Assembly (NCBI GenBank): GCA_964642155.1
Contig: CAZXNT010000003.1
Coordinates: 64,899 to 128,898, forward strand
Direction: 5' to 3'
DNA length: 64,000 bases
Source of the DNA: an uncultured Candidatus Saccharibacteria bacterium
GTDB lineage: Bacteria > Patescibacteriota > Minisyncoccia > UBA6257 > UBA9933
Shown: positions 54,697 through 64,000 of the stretch, one piece after another
Numbering within the stretch: the first letter of the stretch is position 1
How the letters are laid out: each line of letters starts with the position of its first letter
Notes under the pieces: model-generated
Seen by the model: the letters and a program-made list of their open reading frames with translations, nothing else
What the model was told of the DNA's origin: nothing
Databases searched by the model: none
Position numbers and translations under genes: made by a program

Positions 54697-55878
54697 TTAT
54701 CGTTTAAAATTTCCAATAAATTCAATAATTCTTTTTGCCACTACGCCATCTCCATAAGGATTATTGCCAGACGCCATTTTTTTATAAATATTTTCATTAT
54801 CCAATAATAAAAGCGCTTCCTTTATGATATTCTCTGAATTTGTTCCGACGAGTTTTGATACACCGGCTTCTATTCCTTCTTGGCGTTCAGTTTTATTTCT
54901 CATCACTAAAACCGGCTTTTTTAATGACGGCGCTTCTTCCTGAATTCCGCCGGAATCGGTTAAAATCAAATATGATTTATCCATCAAAAATACGAACTCG
55001 TCATATTCCAATGGCTCAACCAGATGAATATTTACGACACCCTCCAATATCTCATGCGCCAAATGATAAACATTTGGATTTAAATGAACCGGATAAATTA
55101 TTTCCACATCATTTCTTTTTTGCGCGATTTCTTTAATCGCTGAAAAAATATTCTGTAGTCCTTCGCCGAAACTTTCTCTTCTATGTGCGGTGACTAAAAT
55201 TATTTTTTTATTATTTAAATTAACTCTATATTTTTTTGAAAAATTTTCTTCGTATTTTTTAATATTATTTTTTTGATTTTCTTTTATTATAAATAACGCA
55301 TCAATCGCCGTATTGCCGGTTAAAAATATTTTTTCTTCCGCGATGCCTTCTTTTAAAAGATTATCTTTTGCCTGTCTTGTCGGCGCGAAATGAAAATCGG
55401 CCAGGCGGCATATAAGCTGACGATTCATTTCTTCGGGAAAAGGACTATATTTGTCATAAGTTCTTAAGCCGGCCTCAATATGAGCAATTTTAATTTTAAA
55501 GTGATAAGCTAAAAAAGCGGCTAAAAAAGCGGTAGAGGTGTCTCCCTGAACCATTAAAATATCCGGCTTTTCTTTTTTTAAAATCCGTAAAAATTTCAAA
55601 AACGAAAATCCGCTTATGATTAAATTTTTGGCTTTTTTAAAAATATTTATTTTTTTGCCAAATAATGATTTATCATTTAACGTAATTCTTAAATCATAAT
55701 TCGGCTCAATATTAAAAACCTTTAATATGTGGTTGAGCATCTTATCGTGTTGGCGAAAAACACAAATAATTCCCTTTAATGAAGAATGATTTTTAATTTC
55801 TTTAATTATCGGCGCGAATTTAATCGCTTCCGGCCGCGTACCGAATACTATTAAAATTTTTTCCATATTATTATTCAT
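54697..55878 (-). CDS. wecB: UDP-N-acetylglucosamine 2-epimerase (non-hydrolysing)
   Basis: MEKILIVFGTRPEAIKFAPI N-terminus, 393 aa. Confidence 0.85.
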   Translation of the reverse strand: MNNNMEKILIVFGTRPEAIKFAPIIKEIKNHSSLKGIICVFRQHDKMLNHILKVFNIEPNYDLRITLNDKSLFGKKINIFKKAKNLIISGFSFLKFLRILKKEKPDILMVQGDTSTAFLAAFLAYHFKIKIAHIEAGLRTYDKYSPFPEEMNRQLICRLADFHFAPTRQAKDNLLKEGIAEEKIFLTGNTAIDALFIIKENQKNNIKKYEENFSKKYRVNLNNKKIILVTAHRRESFGEGLQNIFSAIKEIAQKRNDVEIIYPVHLNPNVYHLAHEILEGVVNIHLVEPLEYDEFVFLMDKSYLILTDSGGIQEEAPSLKKPVLVMRNKTERQEGIEAGVSKLVGTNSENIIKEALLLLDNENIYKKMASGNNPYGDGVVAKRIIEFIGNFKR

Positions 55879-57101
55879 ATTAACAATTTTTCAAATTTAT
55901 CCACACAAACTTTTTTCTCCATATTTTCCAAAAGATATTTTAAGCCATTTTCGCCATATTCTTTTAATTTTTCTTTTTCATTATACATTTTTAAAATTAT
56001 TTCCAGCGCTTTTTCTTCATCATTTGAAACTGCGCCATAACCGCATTTGGCTTCTTTAACGATTAACAAACCCTCGCTTTCTTTATGTAAAAAAGCGACA
56101 ACCGGCACAGCGGTGGCCATATAGCCCAAAATTTTTGCCGGCACCGCGGGAGTGGTGTTTCGCGCGGTAAGACAAATTATGCCAACGTCGCAATCTTTAA
56201 CCAATTCGGGATATTCTTCCAAAGAAACAAATGGTTTAAAAATCACATTTTCCAAATTATGTTCTTTTGCCATTTTCACCAAATTTTCTTTTACCGATCC
56301 GTCACCCACAAAAAGAAAAATAATGTCTTTATTATTTCTTATTTTATCCGCCATTCTAATAAACAAATTAAGTCCTTGCGACGGCCCAAGCACTCCGCCG
56401 AATAAAAAAATGAATTTATTTTCTAAACCGTATAGTTTTCTGAATTTACCGGTTTTTTTTACATTCAAAAACGGCTCGCTGTCTATCCAATGATTCACTA
56501 TTTGTGTTTTTCCCATTGCCACGTTTCTTTTTTCTTCAATAAATTTTTTATGCTCATTAGAAGGCACTACAATCAAATCAGAATTTTTATAAGCGCTTTT
56601 TTCCATTTGCTTAAAAAGCCAAATAGCCGGCCAATGCTTCCATTTTTTTAAAACTCCAAGATCAATGGCATTTTGCGGAAAAATATCATGAAGATTAAGA
56701 ATATATTTCGCGCCGTAATATTTTTTTACTTTATAAGCGGCTATTGAAAGCGGCAACGGCGGGCTATGAACAATTACGACATCTAATTTTCCTTTAATAT
56801 TTTGTTTAATTTTACGGAAAAAAATATAGGGCATCAAAACCTGCGCTATGCCCCTGATAATAAAATTTACCTTGTGGTGCGGAAGGGTTTTTATGCGTAA
56901 AACTTTTATGCCGTTTTCATCAACAACTTCCGTCCAAGCGGTGTTTCCAGAATCCGCTAAATTATATTTAGGATAAGAAGTGGCAACCCAAACATTATGC
57001 CCTTTATCGCGCAAACCATCCGCTAAATCTTTCATTAATTGCGCGGCTGAACGGATTTCCGGAGGATAAGAATCTGTAATGATTAAAATATTTTTTTTCA
57101 T
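55875..57101 (-). CDS. glycosyltransferase family 4
   Basis: GT-B fold, C-terminal EX7E-like region. Confidence 0.7.
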   Translation of the reverse strand: MKKNILIITDSYPPEIRSAAQLMKDLADGLRDKGHNVWVATSYPKYNLADSGNTAWTEVVDENGIKVLRIKTLPHHKVNFIIRGIAQVLMPYIFFRKIKQNIKGKLDVVIVHSPPLPLSIAAYKVKKYYGAKYILNLHDIFPQNAIDLGVLKKWKHWPAIWLFKQMEKSAYKNSDLIVVPSNEHKKFIEEKRNVAMGKTQIVNHWIDSEPFLNVKKTGKFRKLYGLENKFIFLFGGVLGPSQGLNLFIRMADKIRNNKDIIFLFVGDGSVKENLVKMAKEHNLENVIFKPFVSLEEYPELVKDCDVGIICLTARNTTPAVPAKILGYMATAVPVVAFLHKESEGLLIVKEAKCGYGAVSNDEEKALEIILKMYNEKEKLKEYGENGLKYLLENMEKKVCVDKFEKLLI

Positions 57102-57113
57102 AAAAATGCGGCT

Positions 57114-58739
57114 TCACTTAAAATAACTCCAAAATCTTTCTTTGGCTTTATCATATCTGTCGCCCCAGTCTTTCATTTTTTGAAGTTTCTCTTCAAGGTC
57201 AAGCATTATTTTTGCCGATATAAGAATTGATTCTATTGAATCCCCGTCTTCGTTATTGGCTATTTTTCTTCCTATCTCTTGATACATATCTCTATAGCTA
57301 TTAGTTTTAAATATTCTCTTTTTTCTGATTATTCTGTAATTGTCTTCGGATTGATATTTTATGGCATCTATTATTCTTATGTTTCTTCCGTGGACTTTTA
57401 ATTCCACAATATCCCTTGGCCCCACTCTTAAGCTGCCTTTTTCGCTAAAAGTCGTCGTGAATGTGGCTCCATTTTCAAGTTCTATCCAAACTTCAACTGC
57501 ATTGTCCTGTAACAATTTAATGTCTGAATTTATCGGCTTGCTGAAATTATTAAGATGAAGAAAATGGTCAATCTGATGACAGCCATTGGCGAAAAACGTG
57601 CTTCTTGAAACCGGCCAATTATACCAAAAAAATTCCGGCTGAAGCAATTCATAAACTATTGAGTGATAGGAAATCGGCTCTCCGTATTTTACGCCGAGGT
57701 CTTCAAGGGCAAATTTATTAAATGCGCCATAGCGTTTGTGAAATCCGATAAAAAGTTTTCTTCCGGATTTTCTTAAAGCTTTTTCCAATTCATTTAATTC
57801 ATCATAATCGTTGACAACCGGTTTTTCCACGACAACATACGCGCCTTGGTTTAAAGCATGTAAAGTTATCGGAACATGGGTGTGATTGTAGCTGGCAACA
57901 AAATAAACGTCGTATTTTTCGTCTTTTCTCGGAAGGGGCGAAGAATCCCATCTTTCAATTCCTTGTTCAAAAAATATCTGTGTTGGGTCGATTTCATGGA
58001 CTGATTTTATTTCCACAAAAGGCTTGGAATAAGGAATGATATTGGTTTTCGCGTAATTGCCATAACCAAACAAAACCCCACTCTTTTTATTATTAGAATT
58101 TATATTGCTAATTTGCCCTCTAGTTTCTGAAACAGGATTTGCATTTTTTATATCAATCTTTTGAGAATTGAGCCATTTACTATTTTTAATCTCGTTTACT
58201 AATCCATCCGCCAACTTTTTCCGCGCTTCTTTGGAAATTTCTATTCCCGAATAAACACTCCACCCCATAACATCTTTCCACCAAACGTCTTGCTGTTCAT
58301 TTTTTCCAAAAGAGGAATATAAAATCGCATCTTCCGACATTTCAGGCAAATTAGATTTATCAATTCCAAAAATTAACTCTTCCGGCAAAACAACCCGCTC
58401 TACAAGAGCCGGATGCAAAGGCGCCACAAAATCAACCCAATCTCCTTTTTGAAAAATTTTATTGTCGGGGCTTTCAATAATTTTCCCCATTCCACAAGAA
58501 ACATATTTTTCATTACGCCGTTCTTCTCTGAGTCGAGACCATGTTTTTGTGAATAAACCATGAGGCCCAACAACTGGAAAATAATTAATCAATAATCTCA
58601 AACTTTTTACTCTTGTGTGATAAACATTTTCAAGTTTTTCAAGATTTTTCCAAGCAAAAACCTGAATTCTGTATTCATTTTTATTTCGGCAATAATCCAA
58701 ATAACCCTCTCTCCATTTTTTGCCAGCAAGTATTCTCAT
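57114..58739 (-). CDS. Gfo/Idh/MocA-family oxidoreductase with 210-aa N-terminal extension
   Basis: Rossmann GYGNYA and EKP motif in C-terminal half. Confidence 0.55.
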   Translation of the reverse strand: MRILAGKKWREGYLDYCRNKNEYRIQVFAWKNLEKLENVYHTRVKSLRLLINYFPVVGPHGLFTKTWSRLREERRNEKYVSCGMGKIIESPDNKIFQKGDWVDFVAPLHPALVERVVLPEELIFGIDKSNLPEMSEDAILYSSFGKNEQQDVWWKDVMGWSVYSGIEISKEARKKLADGLVNEIKNSKWLNSQKIDIKNANPVSETRGQISNINSNNKKSGVLFGYGNYAKTNIIPYSKPFVEIKSVHEIDPTQIFFEQGIERWDSSPLPRKDEKYDVYFVASYNHTHVPITLHALNQGAYVVVEKPVVNDYDELNELEKALRKSGRKLFIGFHKRYGAFNKFALEDLGVKYGEPISYHSIVYELLQPEFFWYNWPVSRSTFFANGCHQIDHFLHLNNFSKPINSDIKLLQDNAVEVWIELENGATFTTTFSEKGSLRVGPRDIVELKVHGRNIRIIDAIKYQSEDNYRIIRKKRIFKTNSYRDMYQEIGRKIANNEDGDSIESILISAKIMLDLEEKLQKMKDWGDRYDKAKERFWSYFK

Positions 58740-58791
58740 GATTTTTAAATATACTAAATTTTATTCTGTTTATCAACTTTTAATTTTGTTT

Positions 58792-58858
58792 CATAAATTT
58801 TCGCGTCAATTAAAAACCTGTACCAAAAAGCCTGTAAAAAGTGAAATATCAAGCCCTT
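58792..58858 (-). pseudogene. GT2 C-terminal gene fragment (duplicate of 60334-60400)
   Basis: Translates to GLIFHFLQAFWYRFLIDAKIYE, matching the C-terminus of GT2 60312..61103. About 60-bp direct DNA repeat. Confidence 0.45.
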
Positions 58859-58871
58859 ATTATTTGCGAAT

Positions 58872-59489
58872 TTATATTTTTAAATTATAAAAATCAATAG
58901 TTTTGATAATTTCTTTTATTAAATCTAAATCTATGCCGCCAAAATTTATAAGAAGATAATTTTTATCTACTTCTGATATTTTAATCGGTTTAGGATATTT
59001 TATGATTAAAGCAGCTGATTTATATGAATCATCTTTTGATGTAAAACTTTCAGAAATTATTAATCGTCCTTCCTGCCCATTAATTTGTAATTTCTCAATT
59101 ACGGGATACGCGCCGTATGGTTGCATTCTTTGATTAATTTCATCATAAACAATATCATCCATTGTTATTTCACTTTCTAAAAAAGACGATATAAAAATCA
59201 TCTCTCCTTTATCTCCACTAACCCCTGAATCATTAACACCCCCTGAATCACTAACTGAGTAGTTCCAAAAAACCGGATGTTTAAAAGTAATTCTATAAAT
59301 TGGCGAAGAATAAACGCTCCAATTTATAGTTTTATCCGCAGAAATTTTTTCGATGTTATTTTTTTGGATATTATCGTAAATAAGTTGACTTCGTATTTGG
59401 TATTTGTTCTCAATTTTTTTATAAATTAAAAAAAATATTGTAATAAAAATTATTGCCGTTAAAAAAATAACAAGATTTTTCTTATTCAT
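58872..59489 (-). CDS. membrane-anchored hypothetical protein
   Basis: N-terminal TM, 205 aa. Confidence 0.4.
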   Translation of the reverse strand: MNKKNLVIFLTAIIFITIFFLIYKKIENKYQIRSQLIYDNIQKNNIEKISADKTINWSVYSSPIYRITFKHPVFWNYSVSDSGGVNDSGVSGDKGEMIFISSFLESEITMDDIVYDEINQRMQPYGAYPVIEKLQINGQEGRLIISESFTSKDDSYKSAALIIKYPKPIKISEVDKNYLLINFGGIDLDLIKEIIKTIDFYNLKI

Positions 59490-59600
59490 GTTTTTATTTA
59501 AAATTCAAAATTAAAATAAGCGAAACTTAACGATAAAATAACGAAAACAAATGCTGATTTTTTAAACATAATTTAATATTTTTATTTACATTTCGACTTT

Positions 59601-60224
59601 TTATAATTTAATTTTTTCCGCTAAAACGAAAATTGAATGTGAAATTGGATATATTCTACCATAATATCCAATCTTAACAGCTTTTAAACCGTTTTTATTT
59701 AACAAATTTAATAATGTCTTTTTTGAGAAAAATCTAATATGAGCGCCAGTTGGATTAAAATGTTTATTAAAAGCGAAAATTGTAATCAATAAATTTTTTA
59801 TAAAACAATGATAAGGAGTTGTGAGTAATATTTTACTACTTGGCCGTAAAATGCGAGCAATTTCCATAAAAGCATTTTCCGTATCATAAATATGTTCGAT
59901 AACTTCTGAAGAAAAGATAAAATCGACTATTTCATTATTAAGAGGGAATTTCTCGCCATCGCTGATTTTATAGAATTCAACATCCGGCAAATCTTTTTTC
60001 GCTTGTTCTAATGCCGCCTCAGAAACATCAAGGCCTATTAATTTCGCCTTGGGATTTATTTTTTTTATTTCTCCTAAAATTTTCCCGTTTCCACAGCCAA
60101 AATCAACAATCACAACATTATTATTCAATGGAATATAATTTTTCAATTTAGGCCATTTAAGCGCGAAATCGCTTAAATAATCATCTTGCCCCTTCCAATA
60201 ATTTTCATAAAATTTTTTAGTCAT
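59601..60224 (-). CDS. class I SAM-dependent methyltransferase
   Basis: Motif I VDFGCGNG. Confidence 0.7.
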   Translation of the reverse strand: MTKKFYENYWKGQDDYLSDFALKWPKLKNYIPLNNNVVIVDFGCGNGKILGEIKKINPKAKLIGLDVSEAALEQAKKDLPDVEFYKISDGEKFPLNNEIVDFIFSSEVIEHIYDTENAFMEIARILRPSSKILLTTPYHCFIKNLLITIFAFNKHFNPTGAHIRFFSKKTLLNLLNKNGLKAVKIGYYGRIYPISHSIFVLAEKIKL

Positions 60225-60311
60225 ATCATTAAAATCACTTCAAAATTTTCAAAAACTTGTTGTTTTTTATCCATTAATGAATTATAGCTCTTTAAAATTA
60301 AAAAACAATTA

Positions 60312-61103
60312 TTATTTTGATTTATTTTTATGCTCATAAATTTTCGCGTCCACAAGAAAACGATACCAAAAAGCCTGTAAAAAGTGAAATATCAGGCCTT
60401 CTTTGCCGTCCAAAAAGCCCAAGCGGAAAAAATAACGATAAATAAAATAAAGGAAAGCTCGGCAAAAAATCGGCAGATGGTAATAAAATTTCTTTTTACC
60501 GCACCCATAATCGTCGCTAATCGTAGCCACCATTTCTCTCGTGGAATAATTGTTATGCTTGGCAACCCACCATTCCAAATTTTTTTTATTGTCATCAATA
60601 AAATCGTTTTTCAATTTTCCGGATTTGCCCTTCAGTAAAACAATATGTTCGTCCATTGCTCTTTGTTCGGAACGCGCCTTGCCTTTTTTAAATAATCTTA
60701 AAAACCAAACCGGATAATAAGCGCCGTGCTTTATCCAGCGACCCATAAAATAAACCTTTCGCTTAATATAAAAACCGGTTATTGATGGCTGCGTCTTCGG
60801 CAAAACTTCGTTGATTTCATTTTTAAGTTCTTTCGTTAAATATTCATCCGCATCTAATCGTAAAATCCAATCGTTTTTGATTTTTATATTATCCAAAGAC
60901 CAATTGAATTGCTGCGCCTGATTTTCAAATTTATGCTGAAAAATTTTACATCCGTATTTTTGGGCAATTTCCAACGTTTTATCAGTCGAAAAAGAATCAA
61001 CAATAAAAATCTCATCCGCCCAATCGCCGATGTTTTTCAACAACCGCTCAATATGAATTTCTTCGTTATAAGTTAAAATTATAACACTAAGAGGAAATTT
61101 CAT
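60312..61103 (-). CDS. glycosyltransferase family 2
   Basis: VIILTYNEE...DSFSTD GT-A motifs. Confidence 0.8.
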   Translation of the reverse strand: MKFPLSVIILTYNEEIHIERLLKNIGDWADEIFIVDSFSTDKTLEIAQKYGCKIFQHKFENQAQQFNWSLDNIKIKNDWILRLDADEYLTKELKNEINEVLPKTQPSITGFYIKRKVYFMGRWIKHGAYYPVWFLRLFKKGKARSEQRAMDEHIVLLKGKSGKLKNDFIDDNKKNLEWWVAKHNNYSTREMVATISDDYGCGKKKFYYHLPIFCRAFLYFIYRYFFRLGFLDGKEGLIFHFLQAFWYRFLVDAKIYEHKNKSK

Positions 61104-61111
61104 TTTTTATA

Positions 61112-62314
61112 TTAATAATTATTTACTATCTTTTTAAATTTTTCAATCATTTTGTCGGTAACCTTATTAAAATCAAATTTTTCTTTTGCCAATATTTTCC
61201 CGTTTTTGCTTAAATCTTGGGCTAATTCTTTATTGTCAATAATTTTAATAATAGCTTCACTAAGTCGCAAGACGTCGCCAGCCGGAATAACCAAGCCTCC
61301 ACTTGTTTCTGTTATTTCATTATGAACCCCGACCGTATCGGTGGTAATAACCGGCAATCCGCAAACCATCGCTTCAACTATCGCCATCCCGAAATTTTCC
61401 GAATATGACGGTAAAACAAAAATATCGCTGCCGCTCAACGCTTCCAATTTTTCTTTACCCGTGAGCATTCCAGTAAAAGTTATTTTTTCTCCCTCTAAAA
61501 CTCCTTCGTTTTTAAACCATTCTTTAACTTTCTTTTTAAAACTATCCGGTCCGTCTCCCACAACCAATAAATGGACATCATTTCTTTGTTTAATCACATT
61601 TCCATACGCCTTCGCCAAAACATCCAAACCCTTTTTCCAATCCAACCGACCCAAAAATAATATTACTTTTTTATCTTTAAGCATAGGATATTTATCCCTT
61701 AAAACTCTTTTTGCCGGAAGATTATCAAATTCCGACAAATCAAGGCCATTGGGAATAATAAAAGTTTTATTGTTTTTTATTCCTAAAAAAGAATGGCCTT
61801 TTTTGAATTCATCTATACTTGTGTAATGAATGGCCGCCGCCCCTTCCAAATCTCTTTTTGTAATTAATTTATAATAAGGCCATTTCTTCCAAATTTTTTT
61901 ATTAAAAGTATACGGATAAAATATTCCCCGTGGCGCGATAATATAAGGTTTTTTATATTTTCGGCAATAATAACTTGCGATAGCGGTCGGATAATTCCAA
62001 ACTGCTGAAATATAAATCAAATCAAAATTCGGCACATTCTCTTTTAGCGCCTTGCTTAAAGGAACGGAAAATTGCCAGCCAGTCGGCCCGAAAAATTCAA
62101 AAAATTTTAAAAATGAAAAGTAGGTGACCCTAACGCCGTCTATTAAGACTTCTTTATTCGCGATAACTTTATCTTTTAACCCGACATTTGTAGTATATAC
62201 CGCTATATCAATTCCTTTTTGGACAAATGATTTATTCAAATTATGGACCGAAGCAATAGGCCCTCCGAATTGGAAAGCTGGATAATATGACGGAATTACG
62301 CAAAGAATTTTCAT
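61112..62314 (-). CDS. glycosyltransferase family 4
   Basis: GT-B fold, 400 aa. Confidence 0.7.
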   Translation of the reverse strand: MKILCVIPSYYPAFQFGGPIASVHNLNKSFVQKGIDIAVYTTNVGLKDKVIANKEVLIDGVRVTYFSFLKFFEFFGPTGWQFSVPLSKALKENVPNFDLIYISAVWNYPTAIASYYCRKYKKPYIIAPRGIFYPYTFNKKIWKKWPYYKLITKRDLEGAAAIHYTSIDEFKKGHSFLGIKNNKTFIIPNGLDLSEFDNLPAKRVLRDKYPMLKDKKVILFLGRLDWKKGLDVLAKAYGNVIKQRNDVHLLVVGDGPDSFKKKVKEWFKNEGVLEGEKITFTGMLTGKEKLEALSGSDIFVLPSYSENFGMAIVEAMVCGLPVITTDTVGVHNEITETSGGLVIPAGDVLRLSEAIIKIIDNKELAQDLSKNGKILAKEKFDFNKVTDKMIEKFKKIVNNY

Positions 62315-63741
62315 GCTGTTGATGTCGCTAATTTGTTTAAATTAAATAAAACGCCGATAAAAAACCATAAAGTTGCCAATGTGGTGGCATCGCCGAATGT
62401 CTGATGATGCAAAAATGAAAACCATATTAACATTAAAAAGGAAAATGTAGAAATTGCAACTGCTAAATTCCTTAAGGGAGAGATATTTAATTTCTTGATT
62501 TCTTTTTTCGTCCGATAAAATAAATACCCCCAGAAAAAATAAAAAATAATCAGTCCCGCGAATCCAAGCTCAAAAATAATCTTGCTAACGCCATTTTCAA
62601 ACCAAGAATCAGTCCTTAATTCTTGCGTTTGATATCGAATCCAATCCAAACCGCCGGGAATATAATCCAAGCCCTGAGACATTGTCCCGGCTCCATTCCC
62701 AAACAGCTTCGCTTCGGGAAATGTCCTGTTAAATTCCTTAAACATCATCGAAGGAATTCTTTCTTGAAAAGCGTAATAAAATGCCGTTATTTGGAATATT
62801 CCCAAATCACTGATTATAAAAACCATTAATCCTGCCAACGCCAATATTGAAACTAATAAAGACGCTTTAACCCGGCTATTGCGCCACAAAGAAAATATTT
62901 TATTATTTTTAACATAAACGGCGGATATTATAAATAAAACAATTCCCATTATTGTTAAAACAAAAGCGCTGCGGCTGCCGCTTAAAATTATCCCCAAGAA
63001 AGCGGAAATAGTGGAAATTATCAAAATTTTACTCTTTTTTATTGTTAAAAGCCCCACCCCTAGAAAAAATAATAACATTGAGAAGCGAGCATATCTGTGA
63101 GCGCTACCGAAAACTGATGATAATAATGGTATTTTTTCGCTTTCCACCAAAGTGAAATTATGAAATTGATGACCCGTTGACAAAGACCTTAAAAAAACAA
63201 TATTTGAATCCCAGAATAAATATTGAAATATGATTAATGCAAAAAGCGGAATGGCCGCATAAACCAAAATTCGGCAAAATTTCAATAATTTTTCTTTATC
63301 ATCAAACATATGATAACCCAAAAACGCCAATGGCAAATACCACAAATAATGACGCAATCCAATCGCGCCAAAAAATAAATTTGGCGCGTTATAATTAAAA
63401 ACTTCTATCAAGACGAATCCGATAAATAATAAAAGAGGGACAATAAATGAAGGCTGCCAAATTTTTTTCTTTTTTATTGCCATTATCGCTAAAAAAGAAA
63501 AATAAGTTAAAAAAATCAGAATATCCTTAATTAGCATTATTTGACCCGGTTGGCCGGGAACAAGCCGACGAATTACATCTTCAATTAAAAGCCAACTGAA
63601 TATTAAAATAACCCCCGTCTGCCAACGACGCAAAATAACGGCGGCAATTAAAAAAAATAAAGGAATTACAATAAATAAATATTCGTTAATCATTTTTATA
63701 AGCGAAAATTTCGTTAATTCCATCCAAACTGTTGCCCGCAA
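62311..63741 (-). CDS. O-antigen ligase/polymerase-like polytopic membrane protein
   Basis: 10-12 TM, Wzy/WaaL-like periplasmic loop. Confidence 0.55.
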   Translation of the reverse strand: MRATVWMELTKFSLIKMINEYLFIVIPLFFLIAAVILRRWQTGVILIFSWLLIEDVIRRLVPGQPGQIMLIKDILIFLTYFSFLAIMAIKKKKIWQPSFIVPLLLFIGFVLIEVFNYNAPNLFFGAIGLRHYLWYLPLAFLGYHMFDDKEKLLKFCRILVYAAIPLFALIIFQYLFWDSNIVFLRSLSTGHQFHNFTLVESEKIPLLSSVFGSAHRYARFSMLLFFLGVGLLTIKKSKILIISTISAFLGIILSGSRSAFVLTIMGIVLFIISAVYVKNNKIFSLWRNSRVKASLLVSILALAGLMVFIISDLGIFQITAFYYAFQERIPSMMFKEFNRTFPEAKLFGNGAGTMSQGLDYIPGGLDWIRYQTQELRTDSWFENGVSKIIFELGFAGLIIFYFFWGYLFYRTKKEIKKLNISPLRNLAVAISTFSFLMLIWFSFLHHQTFGDATTLATLWFFIGVLFNLNKLATSTA

Positions 63742-64000
63742 TTGATTTCAGACCATATCCCGCATTTTTAAGAAAATCACAGCAATTTTTATGGATTTTA
63801 TCGTCAAATATATGAATAGACAAAAATATCGCGGGCCCGTATTTTTTTAAAATAAAAGCGGCGCCTTTTAAAACGGAGAATTCCGCTCCTTCAACGTCAA
63901 TTTTGATAATATTCGGCGCCGACAATTTTCCGCTTTTAACCAAATTATCAAGAACAACTGTTTTTACTTCAAATCCTTTATTTTTGACAATTTTAGCGTA
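63686..64000 (-). CDS. FkbM-family methyltransferase (partial, continues past window end)
   Basis: C-terminal FkbM motif (IDVEGAEFSVL). Confidence 0.55.
   Translation of the reverse strand, partial: YAKIVKNKGFEVKTVVLDNLVKSGKLSAPNIIKIDVEGAEFSVLKGAAFILKKYGPAIFLSIHIFDDKIHKNCCDFLKNAGYGLKSIAGNSLDGINEIFAYKND

Overview
This is an AT-rich bacterial chromosomal segment. Its gene content and style suggest a small, reduced genome: short proteins, a short YidC, a stand-alone 5'-3' exonuclease, many T4SS-pilin-like and type IV pilus genes, and a tRNA-Ile with a UAU anticodon. I infer a CPR/Parcubacteria-like organism, but I cannot confirm that without a database search. Housekeeping genes I can recognise by motif are pgk, lepA, tpiA, murB, hpf, ppa, secA, gyrA, rpsA, ftsH, leuS, trxB and the rpmH-rnpA-yidC-jag cluster. 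There is a type IV pilus locus (pilB, pilC, pseudopilins), six paralogous T4SS-pilin-like small membrane proteins, and a large cell-surface polysaccharide locus from 51 to 64 kb. I find four tRNAs: Gly-CCC, Ile-UAU, Val-UAC and Ser-CGA. The most interesting structures are described next. (1) A recombinase cassette sits between tRNA-Ile and tRNA-Val. It is built from interleaved 93-bp, 96-bp and 26-bp inverted repeats around a large serine recombinase, and the recombinase is split by an in-frame TAA. (2) Two paralogous TrpR/YerC-like HTH regulators are each embedded in an array of four related palindromes, CTTGCT(A/C)TCC-N-GGA(T/G)AGCAAG, next to pilus and pilin gene clusters. (3) The leuS gene carries a complete NUDIX-box domain inserted after the editing domain. 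(4) A stand-alone NUDIX gene is also interrupted by an in-frame TAA. (5) A 19-bp inverted-repeat element exactly fills the pilB-pilC gap and occurs again between two pilin paralogs. (6) Tandem heptanucleotide repeats are pervasive, both inside coding regions (tpiA, leuS, signal peptides) and at the grx-trxB junction. (7) Several GC-rich islands with few open reading frames could encode structured RNAs that I cannot assign to a family by eye. All calls rest on motif recognition, ORF structure and repeat inspection. No database searches were possible.
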